Positions 23,383 through 34,661 of a DNA stretch of 64,000 bases are shown here, piece by piece; position 1 is the stretch's first letter, and each line of letters opens with the position of its first letter. The stretch is from assembly GCF_037042905.1 (NCBI RefSeq), contig NC_087249.1, forward strand, positions 28,272,001 to 28,336,000, in the 5' to 3' direction. Source of the stretch: Lytechinus pictus. Taxonomy: Eukaryota. Both the position numbers and the translations under genes were made by a program. Under the pieces are notes generated by a model. The model made no database searches. It was not told the origin of the DNA and saw nothing but the letters and a program-made list of their open reading frames with translations.

Positions 23383-23624
23383 CACTGCAAAAACTCTGGT
23401 GTTGATTTAACACCAGCCCAGAATCTATATCTGTCCACACCAGAGAAGTGTTAAACAACACCAGTTTGGTTTTGGTCTAACAACAGATATGTGTTTATAC
23501 CACACCAATTAGTATTAAAACAGCATCGGTTTGATTCCAAACTGGTGTTATTTCAATACTTCTCTGGTGTGGACAGATATAGATTCCGGGTTGGTGTTAA
23601 ATCAACACCGGGGTTTTTGCAGTG
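23383..23624. mobile_element. Young CACTG-ended palindromic MITE
   Basis: TA|CACTGCAAAAACTCTGGTGTTGATTTAACACC ... GGTGTTAAATCAACACCGGGGTTTTTGCAGTG|TA; near-perfect ~110-bp arms. Confidence 0.88.
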
Positions 23625-25629
23625 TAGCATTAAAGAGATAGAAATTATAGAATATAGATATTTATATGGATGTTGTAAATCCACAAATTTATGGTGAATA
23701 ATTATGTACAGGACATTATTTTGTATATACATAGTGTTTTATGATGACGTCATCGAATATGTGATTCTGAGCGAAGGCAAATTTTTAAAGTCAGGGTATA
23801 TATGGATATAGATGATGAATTTAAAGTGTACACTGTTATGATGTGTCAACATAACCTATTCGCCCAGATGTAACATAATCTTGTTATCATTCGTTACTAG
23901 TTTTTCCCTTGAACAATAATTCGTACGAGTATGTAATAGGTTCCATAATTTAACACTTCTATCCCCCAATTTTTAAAAATCAATGTTAGTTTCAACAAAA
24001 TCACATTAAGGCAAAATACCCCTTGGTTTCATTTGTGACTCTTGACTTAATTCTGAGCCAAGTGTTGAAGTGTTGTAAATTGGAACTTATCATTGACAGT
24101 CATGGATCATTAAGATGAAATTACAAAATAAAATGATACAAAAATTAAATGTCGCATTTAATCTATATCGTGTTTTTTTTTTAACCCTATCCCAAAATTA
24201 CATTGAGCCCTTTCCTTGAATAAGGAGCATAATCATATTAAAAACAAGAAAGGGAAAAGTGTCGATATTTCTATTTTGATGTTTTCTAGTTGGAAAGAGA
24301 GAGGATGACACGTTTTAGCGAGATAGAATACATGAATTTGATTCAATACCGAGGAGAGGGATGATGGGCGTCGTATTTTCTTGACAGACTTTTTGTTATA
24401 AATGTTTGATACTCTCTGATCCCATGCTGATTTCAAAACACGAGAGAATGTTGACGGCATCCTCTGGAAAGTTGTCAGTAAATACGATTAATAAGAAACA
24501 CTTGGGACTTAATCTGAATTCAAGGAATACCGGGATGAAAGGGATCTTTTACTCATCAGTTAAACTTTCATCAGACTGTTTTCATTTACAAGACACCATT
24601 CGGAAATGTTACTAGTATGCAACCATGTTGGTCACACTCTTGTCTGGACGGACGCCAATTTTCCAATGAAAAATGTAGCAGGGGGTGTGAAATCCATAGC
24701 GGACACTGTGATACCCCTTATGCTAAAAATAAGATTGTGGTTGGAACCGGTTAAAAAGTAGATGGAGGGTAAATAACCAAGAAGGGATCCAGGGGTGTGG
24801 GTTAAAAGAGACATGTGGTCCCTTTTTGAGAACCTTCTTTTATTTGTTGCTTGCCAATCCTTTGTTTTTCAACGACAAAATGTTTTCCTCGAATTGCGAT
24901 GACCATTCATTATTTTAGGGGCTTGTAATTTTTAGACCCCACCCCCGCATGCTCATTTTTGTAAATTCTGGATCCACCATAAGCTTCTATGAAATACTAA
25001 ATATTAGAGGCTGGAAGAATTTTCTCCGTTGGGATTATGACGTGATTTTTTTCATAAGCAATGCGACAAGCTTGACTCATCAGAAGAAACTTCCAGCCAC
25101 TCAACTATCTCTTTCAAGCAGAGAGATGCGATCCGGGATCATCGCTGCCCGATGAGGATTTCCTGGTAGATGTCAGATGATGTCTGCCCTGAGCCTTCCG
25201 GTGGTCATTAGTACCGATGTCATCGCTCGTCATCCCTCGGCATGTCGTCGGCTGGGAATTACAAGGTCAAGTTCATATCGGAAAATATGACTCGAAGGTT
25301 TGTTGCTGTATGCAGGTTGCTTTTCAAATCATTCAAGAGATGGTGTCAACTTGTTGGAAAATTTTCAAATGATGAGGGTGGTGGGATGGTTTGGTTATGG
25401 TGATGATGATGACAGTTAATTTGGTATGTCTATGGTAAAACTACATTGGTGATAGGTAAGCAGTCAGGGTAGAAATTGATGGAATAAACTTATGTTTAAG
25501 AAGTTGATCATCTCCATTTAACTTGTATACAAGATGAATTTATTTTTGAGATTTCAAACTCGAGTAAATAACCCCCCCTAAAAAAATTGAAAGCTTAGAA
25601 ACTAATTGAAAATGTGAGAGGTAACACAA

Positions 25630-25872
25630 ATGGGTGCGTGTGTATATGTCAGAGTGTGTGCGTGGGTGAGGGTGCGTGTGTGTTTGTGAGAGAGGGCGAT
25701 GTGCATGTATATAACAGAGAGATTGAGGGAGAATTGACTGTGTGTGACAATGTATGTGTGTGTGTGTTTGCGAGGGTGTACATGTGCGTGTCATGTGAGG
25801 GTGGGTATGGGAGCGTGTGTATTTGGAGAATGGTGTGACGTGTGGGGATGTGTGTATACGTGAGTATGTGTA
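25630..25872. repeat. Degenerate (GT)n-rich tract
   Basis: Direct inspection. Confidence 0.8.
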
Positions 25873-26265
25873 AGATGAGCAAATCAAATTCAATTGGAAA
25901 TAAGATTTGATTCGCATGTTTTTTTGGGGCAGATCCTTATGTTTTTTGTGTGTAGGTGAGAGAGTCTTTCCCAGACTTTTCAGAATTACATTTCGTCTGC
26001 TTTTACTTCTTTTGACGTTCAAATGTTTTATTACGGATCACATTGGTTCTTGTTTCACTGCATTATTGGAGAATAAGTGGAACAACCTATACTTTTCACG
26101 TAAACCCTCCCTATGCAATATCAACACACTGTATAATGGTGATAATGGATTTATTTCGCCCACCTCTGCCCTTATAAACAAATTCAAATTTTATTATCAC
26201 CCCCACAGCAAATTGAAAATGCCGCTTTTGATTTACTATGTTCACATCTTACTGTGATAAGATAA

Positions 26266-26350
26266 TCTCTCTCTCTCTCTCTCCCCCCTCTCTCGCTATC
26301 TTTCTATCAGTCTGACTATCTCTCTCTCTCTCTCTCTCTCTTTCTCTTTC
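26266..26350. repeat. (CT)n tract upstream of the epimerase-like promoter
   Basis: Direct inspection. Confidence 0.85.
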
Positions 26351-26581
26351 AGCTTCTCACTCACTTGTCCCAATCTCTCCCTTTGATTCATCGGCATCAT
26401 TTCATATGTGAACGTGGCCTCGCAGCAGGGATGTCGGCCTACTACCATGGCTGGGCAATAACTCACCAGACGAAAAATAGCACATGCGCTAGTAACATAA
26501 AAATAATATTACTATCTTCTCTGTGAGCATGCGCAACTCGATCCAAACGATTCGCATAGGACCACTCGTGCCAGAGCATGG

Positions 26582-26618
26582 TATAAATATCGCGATCATG
26601 CTTATGAGTTAGTTCAGT
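26582..26618 (+). promoter_or_regulatory. TATA box + Inr core promoter of the epimerase-like gene
   Basis: TATAAATA at 26582-26589, Inr-like TTAGTT/TCAGT about 28-33 nt downstream, ATG at 26772. Confidence 0.6.
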
Positions 26619-26771
26619 CGTATCAGTGGAAGAATCATAAATGTGATTTAGAGGAGAAGATATCCGAACAGATATAAGATTTGTAACGACGCGACCTGGG
26701 CCATCGATTGCTCTGTTTTTGTTGATATTCTATTTTTGCTCATATAATTTTGTAAGCGGACGTTATCAACA

Positions 26772-26844
26772 ATGCCTCAGAATCATATTGAACAAGTGGT
26801 ATTGGCGCGAAGGCTTGAGTCAAGCGTCACTGTCAATTTACTTG
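26772..26844 (+). CDS. Epimerase-like exon 1
   Basis: MPQNHIEQVVLARRLESSVTVNLL|gtaagt. Confidence 0.85.
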
Positions 26845-29800
26845 GTAAGTATTGTCATTTTTTAACAATTTTCTGAAGAAATAGCTTATATGGTTACATT
26901 TGCATTTTTCTCTTTAGTCTTTAAGCTTTCTTTTTCTTTTTTTCTTTTTGCTGGAATTTATGTTGGCAGTCTTTGATGTCATGGGTTTCAGACTTTTACA
27001 CATAATGTATTATAAATTCCACGGCTGGAACTCAGTTGCATAATGATTTAATAGTGACATCTTTGTTTTGATATAGGTTCTAAAGTTTTGTTTCTTCCTG
27101 AAAAATGATAATTATAATTGTTGATTTCACTCGTTATGTATATAATGTATTCTGTTTTTACTTTATTGTTTTGTTATATACATTGAATTTTTATTGATGT
27201 AGAGTTGTTTGTTAAACTGCAGGGCGCCTTTGGAAAGCAGTTTTGCATAACTGAACAGGCCTAACCTGCAGTATAAAATAAAGAAAACCAATAAATAAAT
27301 TTTACATTTTACCAAAGGAATTATTAAGACCAATAAAACGATTTTTAAAGGTAATTCATGAATATTTATTTTCTCTAAGATAGGATTGAAGGAGATGACA
27401 TTATTCGTCTAAATCTAAATCTTAAAATATTGAGTACAGTTACCCGTTTCATAAATAATTAGATATATCGTTACTTTGTCATTAATATATGGCCACTACA
27501 ATGGTAACATGACTCAATAGCTAATCAAATCAAGCTTACCATTGTAATTATCATAATTGCTAAGGTACAATAGTTGTAAGTCTGTATGAAATACGCCCCA
27601 TGTATACCTGATGAATTTTCATTATTCATTGTCGCTTCTTAAACGGGTCATTGTCATGAATATTATTTTTCAGGATATTTCAAAATGACATAAATTTGTA
27701 TCAACCAAATCGGTAATTTAACAAAATACATCAATCTTATTCATAGCCAATCAATTTCAATATTCATCTGTTGTTTTTTTAACGGGTCAGTCTTATCATT
27801 GTCGTGAACAACGATTTTACAAAACATATAAATCTAATCCATAATGTGTTTACATAATGTCTGGTAATAGAGACACTTGTTTTTCGAAATATTTTATGCC
27901 CCTTCTCCAGAGACAATATGCACCGTTTAAAATGAAGCGAAACAAAAACGATCAAATTTCAAATAAAACAAAATAACGGAAAGTAAAGTGCTATCAATCG
28001 TGTTTCATTCGGACCCTCCAGCTGCTTTGCATGTGGGTGATTTGGTTTATATTACACCCGAAGGGAACAGAATCACCGCCAAATTGTCTCACTCGTCGAG
28101 TAAAAACTATGCTGAAGTTCAATAAATGTCAAATAGTATTGGAGTGATTCTTCGAGGGATTTATATTTCATATCTCATGCTCCAGTCATACTTGTGAAAA
28201 TGATCCCATACCGACAAAAACTATCACGTGATTACCAGTGACTTTGTTACCATCGGTCGGTTTGAAGTAGGTTGTGTGACTGCAGTCTAAACTGTCCTGG
28301 GGGCCCCGTAACACAATGGTTAGCGATTAATCGCTAAATTAAATGGCCTACCAAGATCATCGTTGCATGCGCATTTTGCTCAGTAGACTGACTAGGAACC
28401 AATCATAATTTTTCTTTCAATTTAGCGATTAATCGCTAACCTTGTTAGGGGCCCCTGATCATCTCTATTTTGTCCATTGATTAATGATATACGATATATC
28501 AATGGGGGAGTGAAATTACATACATGAATGGTGTTTTATGTAATATAGATTGGCCATGAATGACAATAATTTCTTGAGGTATTTTAGAATTCATATAGTG
28601 CAATGTTCCTATAGGCCTATGTGTATGAGCGATTCCCACTCTTACTGTAACATGTGTAACGAAACAACAATAAACAGAAAACAGTTTAAAATGATTTACC
28701 TGCCTATTTCAGAGGATATGTTATGTGATTGCCGTACACAGTGAGTGGAGGCACTAGAGCCTAAAAAGTTTCACGACCGCAAGAAAAAAAGAGAAAAAAT
28801 AGAATTGGATGGGAAAATGGATTGAATATTATAAAATTTTATGAATATTATCTCAAATTCTATCAAAAATGCAAATATTCATTTTAAAGGTCCAATTTCC
28901 CCTTACTTTTGATTAATTTCACCTCATCCGCTATGTGAGTCCCTTTGGAATTCTTTTTTTTTTTTTGGGGGGGGGGGCTCATTTCGCTTCTGTGTTATGC
29001 TACTTACATCTTCTAAAAATTACAGTATATTGAACTTAAGTGATCTTTGACATTTAACATGAAGTTGATATTCACTACTCGCCGTTTAAACAGCTAGACA
29101 TTCGAAAGTGTGGTTTAATTGGGTAATGCCCATGGAATCTCCAATCGCCGGGTAGCAAATTCCTCAAATGCTATTGAACTGATTTGCCGTCTGTTAACTC
29201 AAAACACAGCGGGAAGGTCCGCTGAAATAATGCATTATGCACTCCCGAACGAAATGAATCAAAATTATGATATCATTAGGCATTAATCATGAGACATATG
29301 TGATTGCATTTGTGAATGTGAGATGGAAATACATGTCACTGATCTCGTGACGTGTGAAAACATTGTCAGGATCACAATCAGCTCCCGGGCTTGAGCGGAG
29401 GTTAATTGCATTTAATGTTTTAATCAAATAAAAGATCTGTGGATATGTGAACAAGGCTGATATAAATTACGTTCTTACTTCATTTAAAACTAATCCATTC
29501 TCTGGTTGCTTGATTATGGGCGATACTGATTAGCGGATATGCCTACTCTTTTCATTCCGTTGCAAATATGTTGGAAACAGTGAGCATGGTGAGTCTATAC
29601 AGTATACTTTTGAGGCGGAATAAAACTGTCAAGAATATAGGATACAGCTAAACGATCCTTTATAAAACTTACAATTCTTTCAACAAAAAAACGTTTTAAA
29701 AACATACAAAAAAGTATTTAAAAAGTAGGGATAACTGAAAGGAAACATAGTTTCATAGTAATTTCCTTATATAGTTTAAACTGGCAGATGCCATGTACAC

Positions 29801-32800
29801 TTGAAATAAATTAGAAGTGATTTTTTATACCAACCTTCAGATTTCTTCATTTCCTTCATCATGACCTGGGCGAGAGGCAATATATCAAAACTTTTATTCG
29901 ATCATGAAACCATTCAATGAAATATGATTTATTCTATCATTTGTATTTCTATTTCTTTTCATTGCCCCCTTTGACACTATTTCCTGAGTGTCAACTCAGT
30001 TTTCACATTGTCATGTATCTGGTTTGTGCCATAACAGGTGCATCTGTGACGTCACTAATGATGAATGGTGTGGAAAGGCTGTTTTTAAGGTGAGAGATGT
30101 TTTCCTTTCTCTCCATTTCCATATATTATGATACTTTTACGCAGTGGCAGATCGAGGGGGAACATTATACGACCCGTGCCCCCCTACTTGGAGAGGGTTT
30201 TGAAAATATTTGTAGTGAAAAATACGCAAGTGAAGACTTTTTTTGCTTGTCAAAATTTTCCACCAACATTCGGGAGTGCCCCACCCCTCAACCCCATTTT
30301 GGAAATTTCTGGTTCCGTCCCTACTTTTTACGATATTTGATTTATGGATATTTCAGACGACACAAATAATTTTTCCCATAGATATGCCGCACACACGCTC
30401 AAAAGGTGGTTCGGAAAAAAAAGGTTGCCAGAAAATTTTTAGTGTAGATTGAAATTACAAAAGACAGAAAGGATAACAATTATTTTGTTTTATTTCTTTT
30501 TACTCCCAGTAAGTCAACGGTATTGGACAACAAAACACCAATTAGAAGTGGTGTTCCATTATTGTTGTGTAAGTATTAATTATATGCAGTAAGCCATTCC
30601 TTTTATTGAAAGAAATATTACGTCAGTGTACCCTATATGAATCTCACTCATCAATCTAATTTCAATTTTTCTGGTTTAAGTTGTATTTTACGAAATGTTT
30701 TCGGCAGTATGATGGTTATTATAGGCACTTGTATGGTTTTATGATAAAGATTTTTCTCAAAGAGAATAGAATAAGAATTTATAAGAATAAGGAGTCATAC
30801 TGTATATATTGATGCAAGTGATATAATTGGATACTATTTTATCTTTATAATGCATTAAACATGGATTAATATTTCACACAAAAATAGATAGTAATATAAT
30901 TGAAGTTCAAGAACTAATATAATTCAGAAATCGTTATATATACTTTTCCATTCATGAATGACATGAGAAAGAAATAACGGCATAAATGAACAACCGCTTG
31001 AATACATTTCCATCAAAAATTGTCTTTTATGTATTAAGAATTTGTTTTGGTCACTCATCTTCATTATGATGCTATTGCGTTTAAATGCATGAATTTTTAA
31101 ACGCTCGTTTTTTTTTTATTTAGCTCACGACCCAGTACACGATTTCTTCAGATCATCACAATGGGTTCTCACAGAACAAAATAAGGTAATTGGAATCTTA
31201 TTTGGATGATATTTCATCAAATAAACTGATGACAGAATTCATAACTGACATAATGACTATGTTATTGTACTTATTGGAAGTTTGTGAAGAGGTGTCTCTG
31301 GTGAATTCACTGACGTATATTTAAGGATGCACTGGACCCCCCCCCCCCCCCCGATAAAAAGGCCCACGACCAAGATAAAAAGAGAAAGAAGAAAGGAAAC
31401 GAAAAGGGTTGAAGTATGAGAGAATTTTCCTTTATAATTTACAAACATTTACCACAGAATAAGAATATCAATTTTCATACAAATATCAAACGGTTCAGCA
31501 TTCCGTTCGCTCCCTTCGCCCACTCACGACTATTTAAATATTTGACCCCGTACGCCATGTTCTACCCCTCAAACCTTTGGCTCTTTACGCTATACTGGCG
31601 AATGTCGAAATATTTAATTCATTGATTTAACGCTGTTGTATTGTCCTTAATACAGAAAAATAGTTTTCAAAGTCATATATCATTACCCCCTTTTGAAGAA
31701 TCCCATTTTCTCCCAGAATCCCCTTACGTCGACCACTTGCGGCGTGTCCTGATCAGTTTGCGCATGTCACATGTATATGCTGTTCCAAATGAAGACGGTA
31801 TCATTTTTGTTGTTCCTTTATTTATTTCAGTATCCCAATGGTGACGTCAACGCATCATTTTCTCTGGAAGACAGCGAAAACACGAGAAAACACTGGGACC
31901 AAAGGTAATTCAGAAAAAAAAACAATGGTGGAAGAAAAAGAAAAGATAAAAATAAGCTTGGGAAAAATCAAAGTATCAAATATATAAAATTACTGAAAAG
32001 ATTGTCTTTAAAGATGATTTTCGTTGTTTAATCTTTAAAAAAAATCAAATGACTTGCCATAGCCCATCCTTGCGATTTTCCAGTTATGATAAATGAGGGG
32101 AATTTTGAGAAGTGTGATATTAAAATGATAAAATGCTGACAACAATGGTATTCTTTTGTTCGATTATTTTATGCAATTTCAGTGTTTTAATTTTCATTAA
32201 TTGTTGTGTTTACCCTTTTCATGTCCAATATTGACAGACTTTATTACTTGTTGAATGTTCGTATCCATCGCTCATATTTTCTGTGGGGAAGATAGTGCTC
32301 TTATTCATTCACCAAACATATTTCGATACTTTCTTTGCTTCCATAGATTTAAGGCTACATTAAAGATCTCACTACAGAAGAAGGAAGTCACATTTGATTA
32401 CATTATCGAAAATAAAGGTAAGTACATTTAAATTAGATCAGAATTTATATTTATAGAGAGAGCCAGGGGATCAAATAAAAAAAGAGAAAATTTTGAATTA
32501 TTTAAAGGATTCTGAAAGGAAAAGGGGAAATAGATTATTAAAGAGGAAAGACACACAAAAAACACTCAGGAAATATCATGCCAAAGTGAAAAGAGTATCT
32601 CAGTGAGATTAGAATTAAAAAATAATCATGGAAAGTAGAATGAAAAAAATGAGACCGCTTCTATATATATACAACGATATAACAGACGTAATATTAATTG
32701 AGAGGGGAAATGAATATGTTTAGATATGTAAAATATTTTTTTTTAATATAATAAGAATTAAAGGAATTATCAAATTTATTATGCTCTTTCTTTTTAGATT

Positions 32801-34661
32801 CCAAACCTTTCACATGCTCTCCTATGCTTCAAAATCATTTCCTTGTTGATGACGTCACAAATACATCAGTTTTGGGACTTCAAGAAGCAGATTCTTCAGA
32901 TGAGGTAAGTTCTCACCCCCCTTTCATTTTACTTCTGAGACACGATTCCATCCATTTAAAATCCTTAACGAAATAATTTTCTCTCAGTAAATGGCTCAAA
33001 ATAAAAATAAAATACATGGGGCCTATATCTTAAAAAATGTATTTTAAAAAAGTCCGTCAACACGCATGGTCAACAAAGTCTAATCATTTGCATGATTATC
33101 CAATAGAAAAATACGACAAAATATGTTATAAGACATATGAATTATGAATATGAAATAGACGTTTGCTTGATATACCATGATTAAATCTAACACTACTAAT
33201 AATTCGTTTATTTCTTCCTTAGATAAATTACAGTTTCACAACATCAGAGTGCGGTGACAGAGTCTCAATTGATGGCCCACATAACAGGTGATTACGATCG
33301 CATATAGAAATTATGAATGGAATGCAAAATTTCAACAATGCCATAAATAGAATTTAAAAAAACAGAGACAAAAATAGATGAACAGTGCTAGTTTTATCGT
33401 GATTTGATTGAAATGGCATTCTGCTTGCAACTATCAAATGAGAACATTTTTCATTCATGTAATATTGAACTCAGGTACTTTATTAAGTTTCATCTATTTT
33501 AGATAGCTGAAGGTATAAAGTCATGGCAGTAAGTCTTGTCAAGTTTAATCATGACCGTGTCGTATAACTATATAATTTATGAAAAATCATATCATTTTAA
33601 TGTCACACTGATTGATATACATGAATACTAATATATAAAGACATGTGATATGGCAATAGTCAAATAACATGTTTGATATTTTTGTTTTCTCAGTGTGTAC
33701 AGCAATACATCGTCAGAGCACGTACTGAAGAATACACAAGACAGTGCTTCACTTTTCATCCGAAAATGGAACTTACCAGACACGGGTATATAACATTTTA
33801 ATAGCAAAATTAGTTCTTCTGTCAGATTATAGAAATCGGATAATCTATGTGTATAGTTTTTGTTAAGGTTTTTCCATGTGTACATCAAGTTCGCTTCATT
33901 TTATTTTCACAAAGTTGCCAATCATTAAATTCAGAGCAGTGGTGTAATGATTCAAACATTTTGAGGGGGCGAGATATTACGTATGGGGCAAAACAATTGT
34001 TAAAAGTTGCGAGCGAGCAAAATTTCTAGACATTTTTATTTAAAAAAAATCAAATTTTGTGACAGATTTTGGAATAATATTCAGAGAATAATACCATATT
34101 TCACCCTTCTCTTTTTCCTTTTCTTTCTATTTTTTGGGGGGCAAGCCCCCCCCCCCATCTGTACGCCACTGAATCATAGAATATGTGATTGAATATTGAT
34201 ATTGATTCAATTTCACTGCATTATACCTTTAAAATAAGTTATATCGCCTTATCAATTTACATTGTTTTTCATTGATTTCGATGATGTCTTTTTAATTGAC
34301 GTTGTTTAATTACATTGATTGTTTGATCACAACTTTCTTCAATACTTTGCAGTTGGTATGATAATCCTATATGAGATAATAAAAACATCTTTGTCATCAT
34401 TATCAGTTGAATGCCCCCCCCCCTCCTGTAATCAGTCGCTCCAATTTCATTAAAAAAAATTTTGGTTTCAATTTTTTACTTCTTCTTTTGAATCTTCCAG
34501 TCGTCTGGAATCCATGGGAGGGGACCAACCAAGGTAGTCATGACGTCACAAGTGATGAGTACAAGGAAATGATCTGTGTCGGATGTGGTCACGTGACTCA
34601 ACCATTGACTCTCCTGCCCGGCGCCATCTTTCAAGCAAGTCAAACGCTCACCACGGAATAA
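26772..34661 (+). CDS. Glucose-6-phosphate 1-epimerase / D-hexose-6-phosphate mutarotase-like protein (aldose 1-epimerase fold), 271 aa, 10 exons; catalytic residues substituted
   Basis: Exons 26772-26844, 30038-30089, 30510-30568, 31124-31185, 31831-31904, 32347-32417, 32798-32904, 33223-33287, 33694-33785 and 34501-34661 give 816 nt, all GT-AG, with an open frame. Family motifs: LLGASVTS, ERLFLS, PIRSGVP, HDFFR..W, NLPDTVVWNPW, DEYKEMICV, LTLLPG..FQASQ. Confidence 0.92.
30038..30089 (+). CDS. Epimerase-like exon 2
   Basis: aacag|GASVTSLMMNGVERLFL(S)|gtgaga. Confidence 0.88.
30510..30568 (+). CDS. Epimerase-like exon 3
   Basis: cccag|KSTVLDNKTPIRSGVPLLL|gtaagt. Confidence 0.88.
31124..31185 (+). 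CDS. Epimerase-like exon 4
   Basis: tttag|SHDPVHDFFRSSQWVLTEQNK|gtaatt. Confidence 0.88.
31831..31904 (+). CDS. Epimerase-like exon 5
   Basis: ttcag|YPNGDVNASFSLEDSENTRKHWDQ(R)|gtaatt. Confidence 0.88.
32347..32417 (+). CDS. Epimerase-like exon 6
   Basis: catag|FKATLKISLQKKEVTFDYIIENK|gtaagt. Confidence 0.88.
32798..32904 (+). CDS. Epimerase-like exon 7
   Basis: tttag|DSKPFTCSPMLQNHFLVDDVTNTSVLGLQEADSSDE|gtaagt. Confidence 0.88.
33223..33287 (+). CDS. Epimerase-like exon 8
   Basis: cttag|INYSFTTSECGDRVSIDGPHN(S)|gtgatt. Confidence 0.85.
33694..33785 (+). CDS. Epimerase-like exon 9
   Basis: ctcag|VYSNTSSEHVLKNTQDSASLFIRKWNLPDT|gtatat. Confidence 0.88.
33937..34171. mobile_element. CAGTGG...CCACTG MITE
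   Basis: Short TIRs CAGTGGTGTA / TACGCCACTG; relatives at 328-935 and 54409-54713. Confidence 0.7.
34501..34661 (+). CDS. Epimerase-like exon 10
   Basis: tccag|VVWNPWEGTNQGSHDVTSDEYKEMICVGCGHVTQPLTLLPGAIFQASQTLTTE*. Confidence 0.92.

Noticed and set aside
24200-25400. Non-repetitive block that might be a decayed coding sequence or transposon
   Set aside because: No recognisable motif in any frame I examined
30510-31904. Alternative reading frame for epimerase exons 3-5 if exon 2 is skipped (VSQRYWTT...)
   Set aside because: It is locally open but has no family similarity; including exon 30038-30089 gives the frame with all mutarotase motifs.
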